Source: Octopus sinensis
Lineage: Eukaryota
DNA length: 64,000 nt
NCBI RefSeq assembly: GCF_006345805.1
Contig: NC_043011.1
Span: 43,164,464 to 43,228,463, forward strand
Reading direction: 5' to 3'
How positions within the stretch are numbered: the stretch's first letter is position 1; the number at the start of each line of letters is the position of its first letter. The notes beneath the pieces are model-generated. The model was not told where the DNA came from. It did no database searches and worked only from the letters and a program-made list of their open reading frames with translations. A program made the translations under genes and the position numbers. Shown piece by piece: positions 12,336-25,843 of this stretch.

Positions 12336-12370
<35 letters not shown>
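12010..12370. repeat. About 180-bp tandem duplication of a compound TA/TG microsatellite block
   Basis: ATGCACATATATTTATGTATGTATATTTACTTATATATG recurs near 12011 and 12192. Confidence 0.8.
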
Positions 12371-12402
<32 letters not shown>

Positions 12403-13425
12403 TTATTTATAGATATATGTGTTTGTGTGTGTGTGTGAGTGTGTGTGCGTGTGAGCGAGTGTGTATGTACGTACGTATGTTCGTATGTGTACGAGTGATT
12501 ACTGCTATAGATTCAGAAGAAAGAATATTGCGTGTCGTGACGAATATATTTCTTCCAACAGCACAACTGAAACATTTAATCCAAGACTTTGATGTCACGG
12601 CTTCACACAATCAGTATGATAACGCTTGCTTACTTCAAAAGATTATTTTTCGAATACGAACTGGTTAAAAAGTGGTTCCTAATTTATCATCCTTTAACAA
12701 TTTTATAAAAGTTTTCTCTTCAGATCAACGCAAATGAAATTTCCGACTGACGGAGTCGATAAAATGGTAGATTACCGCCTGAAATCTCTGCGATTTGTTT
12801 ACTGTCATCAATATTGCATTTGCGTTCGAGCAAGAAATTTAACTCAGGTCAATCCACTCTATAAACTGAGAGTAAATAGTATATGATTGATAGTTACAGT
12901 TCACCACTTTAAGCAATTGTAGCATTGTAAGACTACATTTTGTCCTTCGCCAGAGCCTCGTTATATTTTTCGAGTGGGTATAGTTGACAGGCGGAGATAG
13001 ATTCCACCGTGCTGTGTTGATCAAGACGTCTGACGTAAAAACGAATTTTTCGAATGAGAACCAATGACAGCCATTAACTTTTAAGACATCACCGCTTCCC
13101 ATTACATCTGAAGCAATGAAGAAGTTGCTTTAAGTCATGTAGAGTTACGTAAGATCTGATCCTTAATGTATTTGTACCTTCGTTGAAAGATTTAAATGTA
13201 GACACAATATCGCTGTATCTCTGTATCGACCAGAAGTTGTTATATAATTCCTACTCTTCACATATCTAATTATAAGAAGATTTGTTTTTAAGAAGTGTGT
13301 TTGTTATGACTGCAATAGGCCTGGTTTTTAATGATCTGGAAACATTTCGATTTCAGATGCAGAATTCTATAAACACAGAAGAATCCGATTATATTGCGCG
13401 TTTACTAATTTTGAATATATATAAG

Positions 13426-13610
13426 TAAGGCGGCTAGCTGGAAAAATCGTTAGCATGCTGGGCAAAATGTTTAGCGGCATTTCACACGTCTGTCTTTACT
13501 TTCTGAGTTTAAATTCCTCCGAAGTCGACTTTAGCTTTCATTATTTCAGGGTCGATGAAATAAGTACCAGTTAAACACGGGGGTTGATGTAATCAACTAT
13601 TCCCCCAGCC
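13426..13610 (+). mobile_element. SINE family B, monomer
   Basis: TAAGGCGGCTAGCTGGAAAAATCGTTAGCATGCTGGGC...GAAGTCGACTTT...GTAATCAACT. Confidence 0.85.
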
Positions 13611-14205
13611 CAACAGTGGAAATGATTATTAAATTAGAATGGTATTTTTTCTCTCCTCACACTTTATGATTATGGTATATTGTAGTAAAATATGTGTGTA
13701 CCATCTTCTTTTACTGATGGTACACACATACACACACACATATACGCATATGCATTTACACATACATATACAAAACCTTAGATTTTCAGAAAAAGAAATC
13801 AACCAGCTAAATCGCACATTACAAATATAATTTGTAACCGGAAGAGTAAAGTTATCCAAGACTTTTTTCAGATTTAAAATGTAACATTGATTCAGTTACC
13901 TAGATTCCAACGATAGAACTTTGTATATTTGTTAGAAACCAGTTCCTTCTTCACAGGAAGAATTTAAATAATTAAAAGCAATATATATATATATATACAA
14001 GATAAGAAAATGGAGATCTTGTATTAGTAATTTGTGGTAAATCATTTTACCTTTGCCCATATAATACAGTAAATGAATTGATTGCATCGCAATCATTAAC
14101 ATTTATGTATTAACTTTGTTGGGTACTTCACTAGCAGTATATTGGATATATGTTATCCCATGGAGGGTTGCCTTTACAACCCCTATCTCAATTTGTATAT
14201 ATATA

Positions 14206-14252
<47 letters not shown>

Positions 14253-14276
14253 ATATATATATATATAATATATATA

Positions 14277-14313
<37 letters not shown>

Positions 14314-14716
14314 TACAAGGATGTTGCTTAGGCATATCGATAGTAGTAACCTGTTTTTAGAACCCAAAATATCCTATGCTTCAGAATAAATTGTTAGTTG
14401 AGTGCAGAGTGTAATACGAAATTAAATGATTGACAATGAAAGGAGTTGAGTAATCAACGTCATTAGCTTACAGTTCTCTCTGTTATAAAAAGCAGTGCAC
14501 TTAGAGAATCTTCATGGAACCTTTCTATATATATAAATATATATAAACAAATTACACCAAGCCTTACAAAGCGGAAAAAAAAAATGCCAATAAACAGGTA
14601 TTGGACGCGAACACACATCTCTTGAAGATTGCTGGAAAGTGCGTTGCCATTAAGATAAACTGTCCAATGACGAATTAATACGCAATTTTAGATGCTATAA
14701 AGCTGAATGCACAACT

Positions 14717-14756
<40 letters not shown>

Positions 14757-16664
14757 CTTGACCATAGACGATGTACGGCAATAATGACACGATTGGAACC
14801 AGCAATCCTAGGCTAATTGGTTGCCATCTTATCTGCTCCGCCATTCAAATCTTTTTCAACGGGAAAATAGAGAAAAGATATAATTTGACCATGTTAACAC
14901 TTTGCAATGTGAAATTTGAATGCTGCAAGAATATTCTCATGAGAAAAAGTTGAAACTGAATTTCCGTTCTTCAAACATAGCAGTAATAAACATCTATCAA
15001 GCAGTGGGAAATGTGTTGAATGTTTCAATTCCGATACTTTCTGGTAATTTTTCTTCTCATTAAAAAGAATCACAACTGCCATACTCTGAGACAGATCACT
15101 ACTTGTAATCAGTGGATTCTAATCAACTAATTCCAATTAATTAATTAATTAATTAATTGCTTCAACTTCAGAGTTAATTAGCTTAACAGGTTATGGTTAT
15201 TAATTAAGTTTAAAATTATTAGGCTTATTGTATTAATAAGAGACATGCAAAAAGGTTTGAATTCTCATATAATGTCCATGCATTTCACCAATGGTTGTCC
15301 TTAGCGGTGCACATTCTATGGCAACTATTTGAGCCATGTTCTCGTTCTAAAGGTAACCAATGATTTGCAGTTGCTTCTATCATTTCTCAACTGGTCTTGA
15401 TAGTCTTGTACTACGTTATAGTAACCGCCCTTCTTAGGCTCACTAGACCATAAAAGGAAAGCAATAACGTTGAACAAAATTTTGTTCAGTCCTTGGATTT
15501 TGAAACTGCATATTCACTTCGACGAATTTGACACTGTGAATAGAGGCGAATCAGGGATTAAAAAGGCAATCATCGAATACCGAGAGGAAAGACGTAGTTA
15601 CAGTGCCATTCTGAATTACATTACTGTTCTATCTTCTCTATAAATATGCATGCACCTACAAGACATGCTAACGAGATAACACTATCAGTCAGAACTGAGT
15701 TTAAAAAATAAAGTACAAAATTTATGAAGATGTGATTTTAATGTAGAATGTACTGGAGATAGTATGTGATGTTCACATAACTTTGAGGATGTCTCACCAT
15801 GTTTGTTGGTTAATGGAAGTGTTATACCTCTCGTTGTAGAAACTGCTTTGCAAAATGACTGATCTATACATTCTGGCTTTAGCTAGAATTTACGTGATCA
15901 AAGTTGTTCGCCAGATATATATGCATACATACATACACACACATACATGCATACATACATGCGTAAATACATACAAAACCACAAAATCAAGAGGTATGAC
16001 AGGTGATTGTATATATATTTAACCGCGTGGCTCCCATGAGGTTACAGGCGTTTCGAAAGCTTCACGTAGTACAAAACTCATTAGTTAGCAGCACAATTCC
16101 CTTAGACCACAACTTGTGCTACTCATTGACATACATACTTACATTCACACTCACACTCACACATACACACACATACACTCACGCATACATACATGCACAC
16201 ACACGTCTATGCGCAGAACGTCCTTACGCAATTTCTAATAGTTTTGTATCAATTGTACGGTATTATTTCAAGAAAAAATATTTGCTATTTATAGCAGGTA
16301 GGGTGAATTTATAAAGCTACTATAAAGCTCTTAATAATAGTGACATAAGAAGCTGGAGTCAGATCATTTTAGCTTATACTGGGTATGACTTACAATTTAT
16401 ATTATTATTGATTTTGAGTCCAAGATGAGGACATAGCTAGCAGTTATGTGATCAAAGTCTTTACGAACAAGGCAATTGCCATCTATTTTCCTATAACACA
16501 TAGTTCACTTCACCTATTTACAATGAATGATAACAAGGAGTGTGATAAGAAGGAGAATTATACTGTATTTCTAGAAACTTACGCTTCTCCTTACCAACAA
16601 AAGAGTCCCTCGCTCTGTGTTTTACACAGCGCTTAAAGGTACTGGGAAACATGTGGTATGTATG

Positions 16665-16800
16665 TAAATAATGTGCAATATAAATGCAAATGATATGCAA
16701 TATAGAATGACTCATGTAATGTAAAATAATGTGCAATATAAATGCAAATGATATGCAATATAGAATGACTCATGTAATGTAAAATAATGTGCAATATAAA
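16665..16800. repeat. 58-bp minisatellite, about 2.3 copies
   Basis: AATAATGTGCAATAT at 16667, 16725, 16783. Confidence 0.9.
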
Positions 16801-16812
16801 ATGACCCAAATA

Positions 16813-16883
16813 TCTAATGTTTTCTTTTAATTTTTCTTACAGGTAAGTTCATTTTATTATCCTGTTATCCTAATAAGGTAAGT
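16813..16883 (+). promoter_or_regulatory. Candidate recursive splice site (3'SS fused to 5'SS) with 35-nt RS-exon
   Basis: TCTAAT branch-like motif, T-rich pyrimidine tract, CAG|GTAAGT at 16842/16843, second donor AAG|GTAAGT at 16877/16878. Confidence 0.5.
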
Positions 16884-16987
16884 GATATAAGTATATTTCT
16901 AAATTAAGCAGACATGCATATATGCATCTGCGTGAATATATGAACTCGCAAACATCTATACTTATATGCAAATGCATATTTGCATTA

Positions 16988-17068
<81 letters not shown>

Positions 17069-17113
17069 CTATATACATACATATATATATATGTATATTA
17101 TATATATTATATA

Positions 17114-17144
<31 letters not shown>

Positions 17145-17465
17145 AATAATATATGTATATAATATAATAATATATATATATATAATATATATAATATATA
17201 TAATATATATATATATTATATAATATATGTATATATATATATGTATATATATTATATACACATATGTCTCGGTCATTTAAGCATGCAGTGACCGACTAGT
17301 TGAGACACATTTAATACATGTGTTCATTTCTCTCTCCTCGTTCTATTCTTTCCGCAAAAGAGCATATGCACGAAACTTAAAGGATTTTCCTTCTACTTTT
17401 TGTTAATCGCTTTGTTTTTATTACCACGTCTTCGAGTATTTTCATTTTTAGTACTATATACATTG

Positions 17466-17517
<52 letters not shown>

Positions 17518-18133
17518 TATATATATATACATACATTTATGAATATGTACATGTCTATGTATATGCATGCAAACGTATGTCGATGTCCGTGTTTGTGTAT
17601 ATGTACAAGTAAAAGAGTATATAGCAGAATATTTAAAATGTCGGCTAAATGTTTTGTGCTATTTGCTGCCCCTTTTTACAGTGTGAGATCAGAACCCATT
17701 AAAACCAACTTTGCGTTTGACCCTTGTTGGCTCAATGAAATAAGATACCAGTCAATTATTATTGTCGATGTCATAGATTGACCCCTTCTATATGTGAGTG
17801 CGTGCGCGTGTGTTTGCGTGTGTGTATGTATATTCAGTTATAATAAAAATAACTTTACGTCAATGCAATGCGCTGGTCTAAAATTTTGTAGAGTACAAAT
17901 TAATTATTCTATTTAAAGAATGTCGATTACGAAGTTTCGGCCAGCTAAGCAGTACGACAATAGCCAAGATGACTGCAACTTTGAAGACACTGCTAACAAC
18001 ATTGTTGTCAAAGAATAATGAACAGATATCAAGAATATCTATATCTATATATCTATCTATATATATATACAAACACTTATACACACAAACATATAATATA
18101 TAGCATATAGACATATATACATGCACACACACA

Positions 18134-18183
<50 letters not shown>

Positions 18184-18544
18184 TATATAATATATAATAT
18201 GCATACACAATCATTATCAAGAATTTCAATTATCTTTTAACAATAATATTTCCGTTTTCGCTCATGGATATTCCATTCCCGATTCAAGAACTACATTTTG
18301 TTTTTAGTTGTTTTTTCTTATATCTTTATCTTCCCTTCCTTAAATTCTTCTGACATTCATTTCCCAAGTGGATCTATTACATTTTAATATTTCTGGATGT
18401 ACTTTAACTAGATACTCTCTCATTATATCAAGGAAAACAGAGTTAAAACATATATTTATGTTATCTTTTGTGAATCGCCTTCTGTAGACTTTTACTTTTA
18501 TAATGATGTTTCAATGTTTATATATATATATATATATAATATAG

Positions 18545-18581
<37 letters not shown>

Positions 18582-19211
18582 ATATGTTGTGTGTGGTGTG
18601 TGTGTGTGTGTGTATACACATATATATAATATACATACATTTATATATACATATATATATATGTATATACATATACATTACACACACATATATAAATTCA
18701 TGTTATATTTATATAGTAATCTATATAAAGACATCTCATATGTCTTTGTAATGTATCTTAATATATACATATATGTGTATATATATATATATATATATGC
18801 GCGCGCGTTTGTATGTGTGTGTGTGCGTGCGTGTGTGTGTGTGTATAGGTATAAAGATATATATGCATATATATGTATATATATATATAATTGTATAAGA
18901 TAATAGATAATCAGTTTTACGTACATAAAGATTGGCAGAGATAAATAGGTAAATAAATCTATTAGATTAGATCGTTAAGAAGTGAAATTTGTGTGCAAGC
19001 CATATAAACACACATATATACCAGAAACGCGCACGCACTTAAATAGGCATCTACGTACATATTTATGTATAAACAGATGTATGTATCTGAATGTGTGAGT
19101 GTATGTGTGTGCGTATGTGTGTGTGTACACGCGCACGCCTGTGTGTACTGTGTTTATATACACATGCATACATATATATACACGCACACGCCATTACACG
19201 AATATGAACAT

Positions 19212-19285
<74 letters not shown>

Positions 19286-19322
19286 CATACATATATATAA
19301 CATATATATATATACATATATA

Positions 19323-19356
<34 letters not shown>

Positions 19357-19397
19357 GTGTATATATGCATGTATGTATATATATATACATATCAACT

Positions 19398-19684
19398 GGC
19401 AGTCCGCCGTTTACGACGAAGCGTGTTCCAGTCGATTCGATCAATGGAACACCTTGCTCGTGAGATTAACGTGCACGTGGCTGACCACTCCACCGACACG
19501 CGTACCCCTTCACATATTTCTCTGAAAGATTCGGCGTGACCACCATGTTGCCTTGAAATACAGGTACCACTTATTTCTACCAGCGGTACCAATGTGAAAT
19601 AAAGTGTTTTGCGCAAGGAGAAAATTCAACGCGTGGAATTGTACTCGCGACCCTACGATTGCGAGCTGAATACCCTAACCGCGT
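19398..19684 (-). mobile_element. SINE family C, old copy of the alternative-head subtype
   Basis: CTCGTGAGATTAACGTGCACGTGGCTGACCACTCC and TTGAAATACAGGTAC...GTGAAATAAAGTGTTTTGCGCAAG. Confidence 0.8.
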
Positions 19685-19943
19685 TTTTATACACGTAGTA
19701 CGAGTTGTTTCTACAGATATATATGAAACTGGGGTCTGTTGTATATTTACAATATGCTTCACTATTATGGCGCTGATCGCGATGGCTATACCACACTGAA
19801 TATTATTTATAACAAAGTATCAACAGTTTATATTTTACGTGTATTAATTATTCATGAGCAGTAATGTAGATGTGAAAATATTCTCTATGAGACACCATGC
19901 CTGTATTAGCTCAATTCCTATCGACAACGTTACCGACAGTAAT

Positions 19944-20511
19944 CTTTTCTACTCTAGGCACAAGGCCCGAAATTTGGGGGGAATAGATCGATTAGATCGA
20001 CCCCAGTACGCAACTGGTACTTAATTTTATCGACCCCGAAAGGATGAAAGGCAAAGTCGACCTCGATTATATCGACCCCAGTGCGTAAATGGTACTTAAT
20101 TTATCGACCCCGAAAGGATGAAAGGCAAAGTCGACCTTTGAACTCAGAACGTAACGGCAGACGAAATACCTATTTCTTTACTACCCATAAGGGGCTAAAC
20201 ACAGAGGAGACAAACAAGGACCGACAGGCGGATTAAGTCGATTATATCGACCCCAGTATGTAACGGCAGACGAAATACCTATTTCTTTATTACCCACAAG
20301 GGGCTAAACACAGAGGGGACAAACAAGGACAGACATAGGTATTAAGTCGATTACATCGACCCCAGTGCGTAACTGGTACTTAATTTATCGACCCCGAAAG
20401 GATGAAAGGCAAAGTCGACCTCGGCAGAATTCGAACTCACAACGTAACGCAGACGAAATACCGCTAAGCATTTCGCCCAGCGTTCTAACGTTTCTACCAG
20501 ATCACCGCTTT
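19944..20511 (-). mobile_element. SINE family B with internal tandem units
   Basis: Several GACCCCGAAAGGATGAAAGGCAAAGTCGACC units; TSD AACGTTACCGACA(G/A)TAAT at 19926-19943 and 20512-20529. Confidence 0.93.
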
Positions 20512-21571
20512 AACGTTACCGACAATAATAGCTAGAGTTTGCCGTTGCATCTTGTTATTTTAATGTTTTACTGCTTTTAAATATTATAGTATTTCAATAT
20601 TTATCTCATGGGAATCATGTATAATTCTGAAGCCACTTATACGATTGTCTAACATAATGAAATATTGCAAAACATACGATAATTATGACATGAATAACCT
20701 TCGAGAATTACCAATTATTTATTGATGTTGAAACTTCTAAATACCAAATTTGGTCATTTACAAACATTATACCTTGACAATGAGTTAACAGATTCATTCC
20801 TGAGACTTACACCTCAGTTATTCATGAACTATTGTTACTTATTGTTATTTAATTCTGATAGCGTCTCTGAGTTATTAACTTCATTTAAAAGTAAAGTATG
20901 TATGCCAACTTTTCAAACCTACAGGTGTACATCTACATAATTATTTTATTATACTTATTTCAGTAAGTACATTCAAGTTTGTGTTTCACCGAGGAAGTCA
21001 TATAAGCCCAAAATGTGTGTGGAATTGCTCCTTGCACTTGTCTGAAGTATCTAAATAATATCAGTTATTAAAGCAATGCTATCTTTTCTTTACTGTATGA
21101 GTATTTTAATAAGATTTTTCACGCTCAAAATGCTACAACCAACCTAACTACAGCCTACCATGCTGATGGCTTTACTCTGTTTTCAATATTCCAGATATAT
21201 TCTGCAATATATATAGGTATATGCTCAGGACGAATACCGCAGGTAATTTGGCCTCCCGTGATGCATTTGCATTAAGTACATACACAAATTACTATTTTAA
21301 ACTAATACTGCTTCCGTTGCACTTTGCAAATTTTTATACAGCAGGCCAGTTAAATATTACATTAGTAATTTTTGAATCATAGTTTTCCTATATCAGCAAT
21401 GACGAATTTCGATTTAGCATGCAGCTACCAGTGAATACTTGCTACTGACAAAGCCTCAAAAGCAGACATGCACATCTTACATTCTCACAACCGTTGCTGT
21501 ACGATCTTCGTCTGCTACAGACATATTTTTTTGTTTTCGTATTTTTTTTTAACATTGTGCATCTATAAAAT

Positions 21572-21720
21572 CTTGGCACAAGGCCAGCAAGTTTAGTGAG
21601 ATTTAAGTCGATTACATTGATCCCAGTGCTCAGCGAGTACTTATTTTATGACCCCGAAAGGATTAAAGGTAAAGTCGACCTCGGTCGTGTTTGAACTCAG
21701 AACGGATGAAATGCTGCAAA
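21572..21720 (-). mobile_element. SINE family B, diverged monomer
   Basis: GACCCCGAAAGGATTAAAGGTAAAGTCGACCTCGG...TTTGAACTCAGAAC. Confidence 0.8.
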
Positions 21721-21774
21721 CCAGTAATAGCCAAGATGCGCATGCACCGCATGGAAAAATATTCAGTGCGGAGA

Positions 21775-21794
21775 GACTTTTTGAACACCCTGTA
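21775..21794 (-). mobile_element. Solo Tc1/mariner-like TIR
   Basis: Reverse complement TACAGGGTGTTCAAAAAGTC starts with TA; partner end not found. Confidence 0.35.
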
Positions 21795-22314
21795 GTATAT
21801 ATACTTACGACTAGTAACGCAAGGTAATATTATATTTAAATGTTAGCCACTTGCAAAATGTGCTGTCAATGACAATGGGCGAACCAATATCGTATCCATT
21901 TGTTGTTAGGTCTGTATCGATTTGCTCTCTGTACACAAAAATTAAGAAGACTCCTGCTCGAATAATTAGCACAATTTCGTTGACAGAGCAAGATGTATGT
22001 TCAACGTAATTGAATGGGAATCAAGCTTATAAATGTGGAACAGACAGTAAGTAACAACATAGATACTTGGATAAAATTAGATCATCTAATTGAAGCCGAT
22101 TTTATGTTCTAATGGTTGATCATTATCACTAGATCAGACGTCTAGTGGAAAACTATTTCTCTAGAGCAGCCTGTCTTTTATTCCGATGTCTCCAAGAGAG
22201 GATATGTTAATCTAGCTGTCTGAGCAAAGTCGCAGAAATGTCATACACACATACATACATGTATACATATATACATAAATACACGCATAAACGCAAGCAC
22301 AAACATATATCCCC

Positions 22315-22361
<47 letters not shown>

Positions 22362-22689
22362 GTATAAATTATAGGCACGTAGTTGAACAGATGTATGATA
22401 AAAAGAGATAGGACAAAAGGGTATATATACACACCATAGACGGAAGTCTCAATAAAAAAATTGTGGTAAAAAGGAAAAGTTTCCAGTCAAATCTAACGAC
22501 TGAGAGGTATCGGAGACGTTCCCTCTATATATGAGTATGAAAATTAGAATTAAAGCTCCATATACGTAGCGTCGGGCAAATAAATATTAGAAATGTCTAA
22601 TGGGGAGACAATACAGGATTTTAATTGAAATTAGGAGTAACCATTGAAATCAGTTCGTAGTATAAAGTATTTTTTAAAAATTCTATACA

Positions 22690-23114
22690 TAGGCGCAGGA
22701 GTGGCTGTGTGGTAAGTAGCTTGCTTACCAACCACATGGTTCCGGGTTCAGTCCCACTGCGTGGCATCTTGGGCAAGTGTCTTCTGCTATAGCCTTGAGC
22801 CGACCAATGCCTTGTGAGTGGATTTGGTAGACGGAAACTGAAAGAAGCCAGTCGTATATATGTAGATATATATATATGTGTGTGTGTGTGTTTGTGTGTC
22901 TGTGTTTGTCCCCCTAGCATTGCTTGACAACCGATGCTGGTGTGTTTACATCCCCGTCACTTAGCGGTTCGGCAAAAAGAGACTGATAGAATAAGTACTG
23001 GGCTTACAAAGAATAAGTCCCGGGGTTGATTTGCTCGACTAAAGGCGATGCTCCAGCATGGCCGCAGTCAAATGACTGAAACAAGTAAAAGATAAAAAAG
23101 ATAAAAGAAAGATA
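22690..23114 (+). mobile_element. SINE family A, full length
   Basis: TAGGCGCAGGAGTGGCTGTGTGG head through AAGTAAAAGATAAAA tail. Confidence 0.93.
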
Positions 23115-23717
23115 TGAGTGATGTATAACGTGAGGAAGTAGTATATGAGAAGCTAATACAAGATAGTTCGCGTATACAAATGGCAGAAGAAATAGAGGAA
23201 TGCGAATGAGTTAAAGACCATATTAGGTAACACGTATTAATGATAAAGTAGAAAAAAAATAAGTAAAAACAGAAAAGCTCTTGTTAATATGACAATTAAA
23301 GCAGTATGTAATTGCTGTGTTTATAACTACGAGAAAGAGAATTTGAAAAGGTAGTTAGATACACTAAAATAAATGCAGGGGAGATAAATGAGCGGAGAAA
23401 GAGGAGAAAAAAAAACCTTGGATAGGAATGTGTTGGTAATACAGAATGTGTGTTTTAGTATATATAAAAAGATTATTTAAGCGGTAATAATCCAGCTTAA
23501 TATTATGTAGAAGGATATGGAACGGCAGTATGGTCGTTATGATATTCGAGTTTTAGGGGTGCGTTCCAGTAGGAATATAAGAAAAATACGAGTAGAAGGG
23601 TACACACAAGTGTACAAAAATTTACACATAATATAGAAGAAATACAATCTAATCAGAAGAGTGTGTATGTGTGTGTGTGTATGTTTAGTCATACGTGTGT
23701 AGAGGCAAATATATATA

Positions 23718-23878
23718 TTCGACTGGCTTCCACAGAGGTCAATCGAATATATTCACAAGGCATTGGCCAGCCTGGGGGTATGGTAGGGAACTTGCCCTAG
23801 ATGCCGCTCAGTGGAACTGAATCCAAACTCCCGTCGTTGCAAAGCGATATTAAATAAACACCCAAGCCTGCGCCTATA
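23718..23878 (-). mobile_element. SINE family A, old 5' half
   Basis: ACTTGCCCTAGATGCC...GGAACTGAATCC...CCTGCGCCTA. Confidence 0.65.
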
Positions 23879-24930
23879 TCGGATAGCAAAAATTGTTACC
23901 TGTATGATGTAGAAGTCTTAAAAAGTGATCTAGTTTTGGGCCAACCACTTGTCTCCGAATTTTGTTAATTACTAAATCGTGTGGGATTTTTTATTGTGAT
24001 GTTATATAAGATAATTAAGAGTGAAGACAAACAGCATAGGAAACACGCCATTCTTATTCTCATCCAATTTGTAGTAAATTAACTGGAGAGGATATTTCTT
24101 TTTCCATCCATTTATCCTCATTAAGTAGTGCTTTATATGGAATTGGCTGTAATAGGCATACCCCTGCTCGTTCTATACATCGCCACTCTCGCTACTGTGA
24201 TCACCTGAAGGAGGAAAACTGCTTACATTTCCTTGCGAAAGAATAAAACTCACTGGAGCGATCTTTATGATCGATTTGGTTGATCTACTGGGTCTGCCAT
24301 TGGGGAATTATCAGATGTTGAACTAACTCCGCAAGAAAAGAATGCTCGCACAGTGATTGCAGAATGGTTTCGTTATACTCTGAAGTGCACGGAGAGTCCC
24401 AGCTGCTTTGCACTAATTTCTGCAAAAGTGGCTTTGCCTGGCTAAGCTCAGCATGACTTCTGGAAATTCTCCATAATCCCGACATCGAAAGCTTTGTGAA
24501 AGAAACTGCTCACTTGATTAACGTCCAGAACACCATGACAAATGCATGTTTAAAGTAGAGAGTTAAGATAGGTGGGGAGGTTGAGAGAAAGAGAAAAGGT
24601 GGTGGGTGAGTCTGCTTTTCTGTAATGTCTGCCATTCATAAGATAGCGGAATGTGTAAACATATATAGAGTAAATAAATAAATGTTAGACAGCGAGAGAA
24701 AGAGTAAAGGATAAAGAAAGAAAGAGAGAGATAAAATGAGACAAACAGTGAAAGATAGAGTGAAGGGGAGAGAGAGAGAGGAGAAAGAGAGATAAGTAGG
24801 CAGTCAACAGTCAAACGTATAAGGTAAACGAGTGAAAGCAAACAAAAATCCAAATTTAAATACAGACAAGCAGACGAAAAAATTAGACACAAAGATAGAG
24901 GGTGAAAAGACAAAGAAATAAGACAAGTGT

Positions 24931-24934
<4 letters not shown>

Positions 24935-25002
<68 letters not shown>
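24935..25002. repeat. (AG)n microsatellite
   Basis: Direct reading. Confidence 0.95.
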
Positions 25003-25006
<4 letters not shown>

Positions 25007-25039
25007 CAGAAGGAAAGAGAGTGAGCAGTTCAAACTAGC

Positions 25040-25195
25040 ATTTAAGAACACAGACACACATTGAGAGGTAGGAGCAGACTGAAGGATAGCTGACGTACTG
25101 GTCTTTATAAGATAGGTAAACATTTTCCTTTAGTGGAATGATTTATGAAGAGTAACTTGACGCTTCGGAGGAAAATCTTTCGTCGGAAAAAGATG
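25040..25195 (-). mobile_element. Probable Penelope-like element tail with degenerate hammerhead motif
   Basis: Minus strand CCGACGA-AAGATTTTCCTCC-GAAGC-GTC-AAG; GAAAC mutated to GAAGC. Confidence 0.35.
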
Positions 25196-25475
25196 CACAG
25201 TTACGAGAGTGAGAAAGCAAGGAGAAAAAGGAGACCGAAGTGGAGGAGAAGAAAGATAAGTTAACAAGTGTTTATGGAGAGGGGTAACATTGACGAAGAC
25301 GAGAAGAACGAAAATTCAAAACATTTAAAATTTGAGTGACAACACAATTGCTCTATGGTTTGGCTAAACCGGACTGTCAGTGTGTAGATTTACCATAGAA
25401 ACATGTATGGCTGATTTAGCGAAATGCTAATGTATTTATTAAAAATTAATATAGACAGCTAGGCGCAATATAAGG

Positions 25476-25521
<46 letters not shown>

Positions 25522-25590
25522 CATTTTATAAATAAGGATAAGATCGTTAATTTAAATATCGATCTTATCAAGCCTTCAAAGGAAATAATT

Positions 25591-25785
25591 ATTATTAAAA
25601 TTATAATTAGGGTATCTAAGTGATACCACCACGCTGGAAATAGCAACTAAAACTTGACTCTAAAACCACATTAAATGTTCATACAGCACCTCCTGGTGCT
25701 GCATGCACATTAATGTGGTTTTAGAGTCATGCTGAAAGAGATACCAGCGTGGTGGTATCTGCTAGATACCCTAAATTATAATTTG

Positions 25786-25791
<6 letters not shown>
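25591..25791. mobile_element. About 200-bp foldback (palindromic) element, MITE-like
   Basis: Arms ATTATT(A/C)AAATTATAATTAGGGTATC, GATACCACCACGCTGG/CCAGCGTGGTGGTATC, TGACTCTAAAACCACATTAA/TTAATGTGGTTTTAGAGTCA, CAGCACC/GGTGCTG; abuts (TA)n. Confidence 0.8.

Positions 25792-25843
<52 letters not shown>

Noticed and set aside
14894-15090. Possible Tc1 helix-turn-helix remnant (AVVILFNEKKNYQKVSELKHST)
   Set aside because: Similarity too weak; no DDE motifs or TIRs found
20955-20970. TTTCAGTAAGT as a second ratchet point
   Set aside because: AG and GT share one G, so splicing would not regenerate a donor
23120-23600. Possible further Penelope RT remnant on minus
   Set aside because: Only two very degenerate motifs
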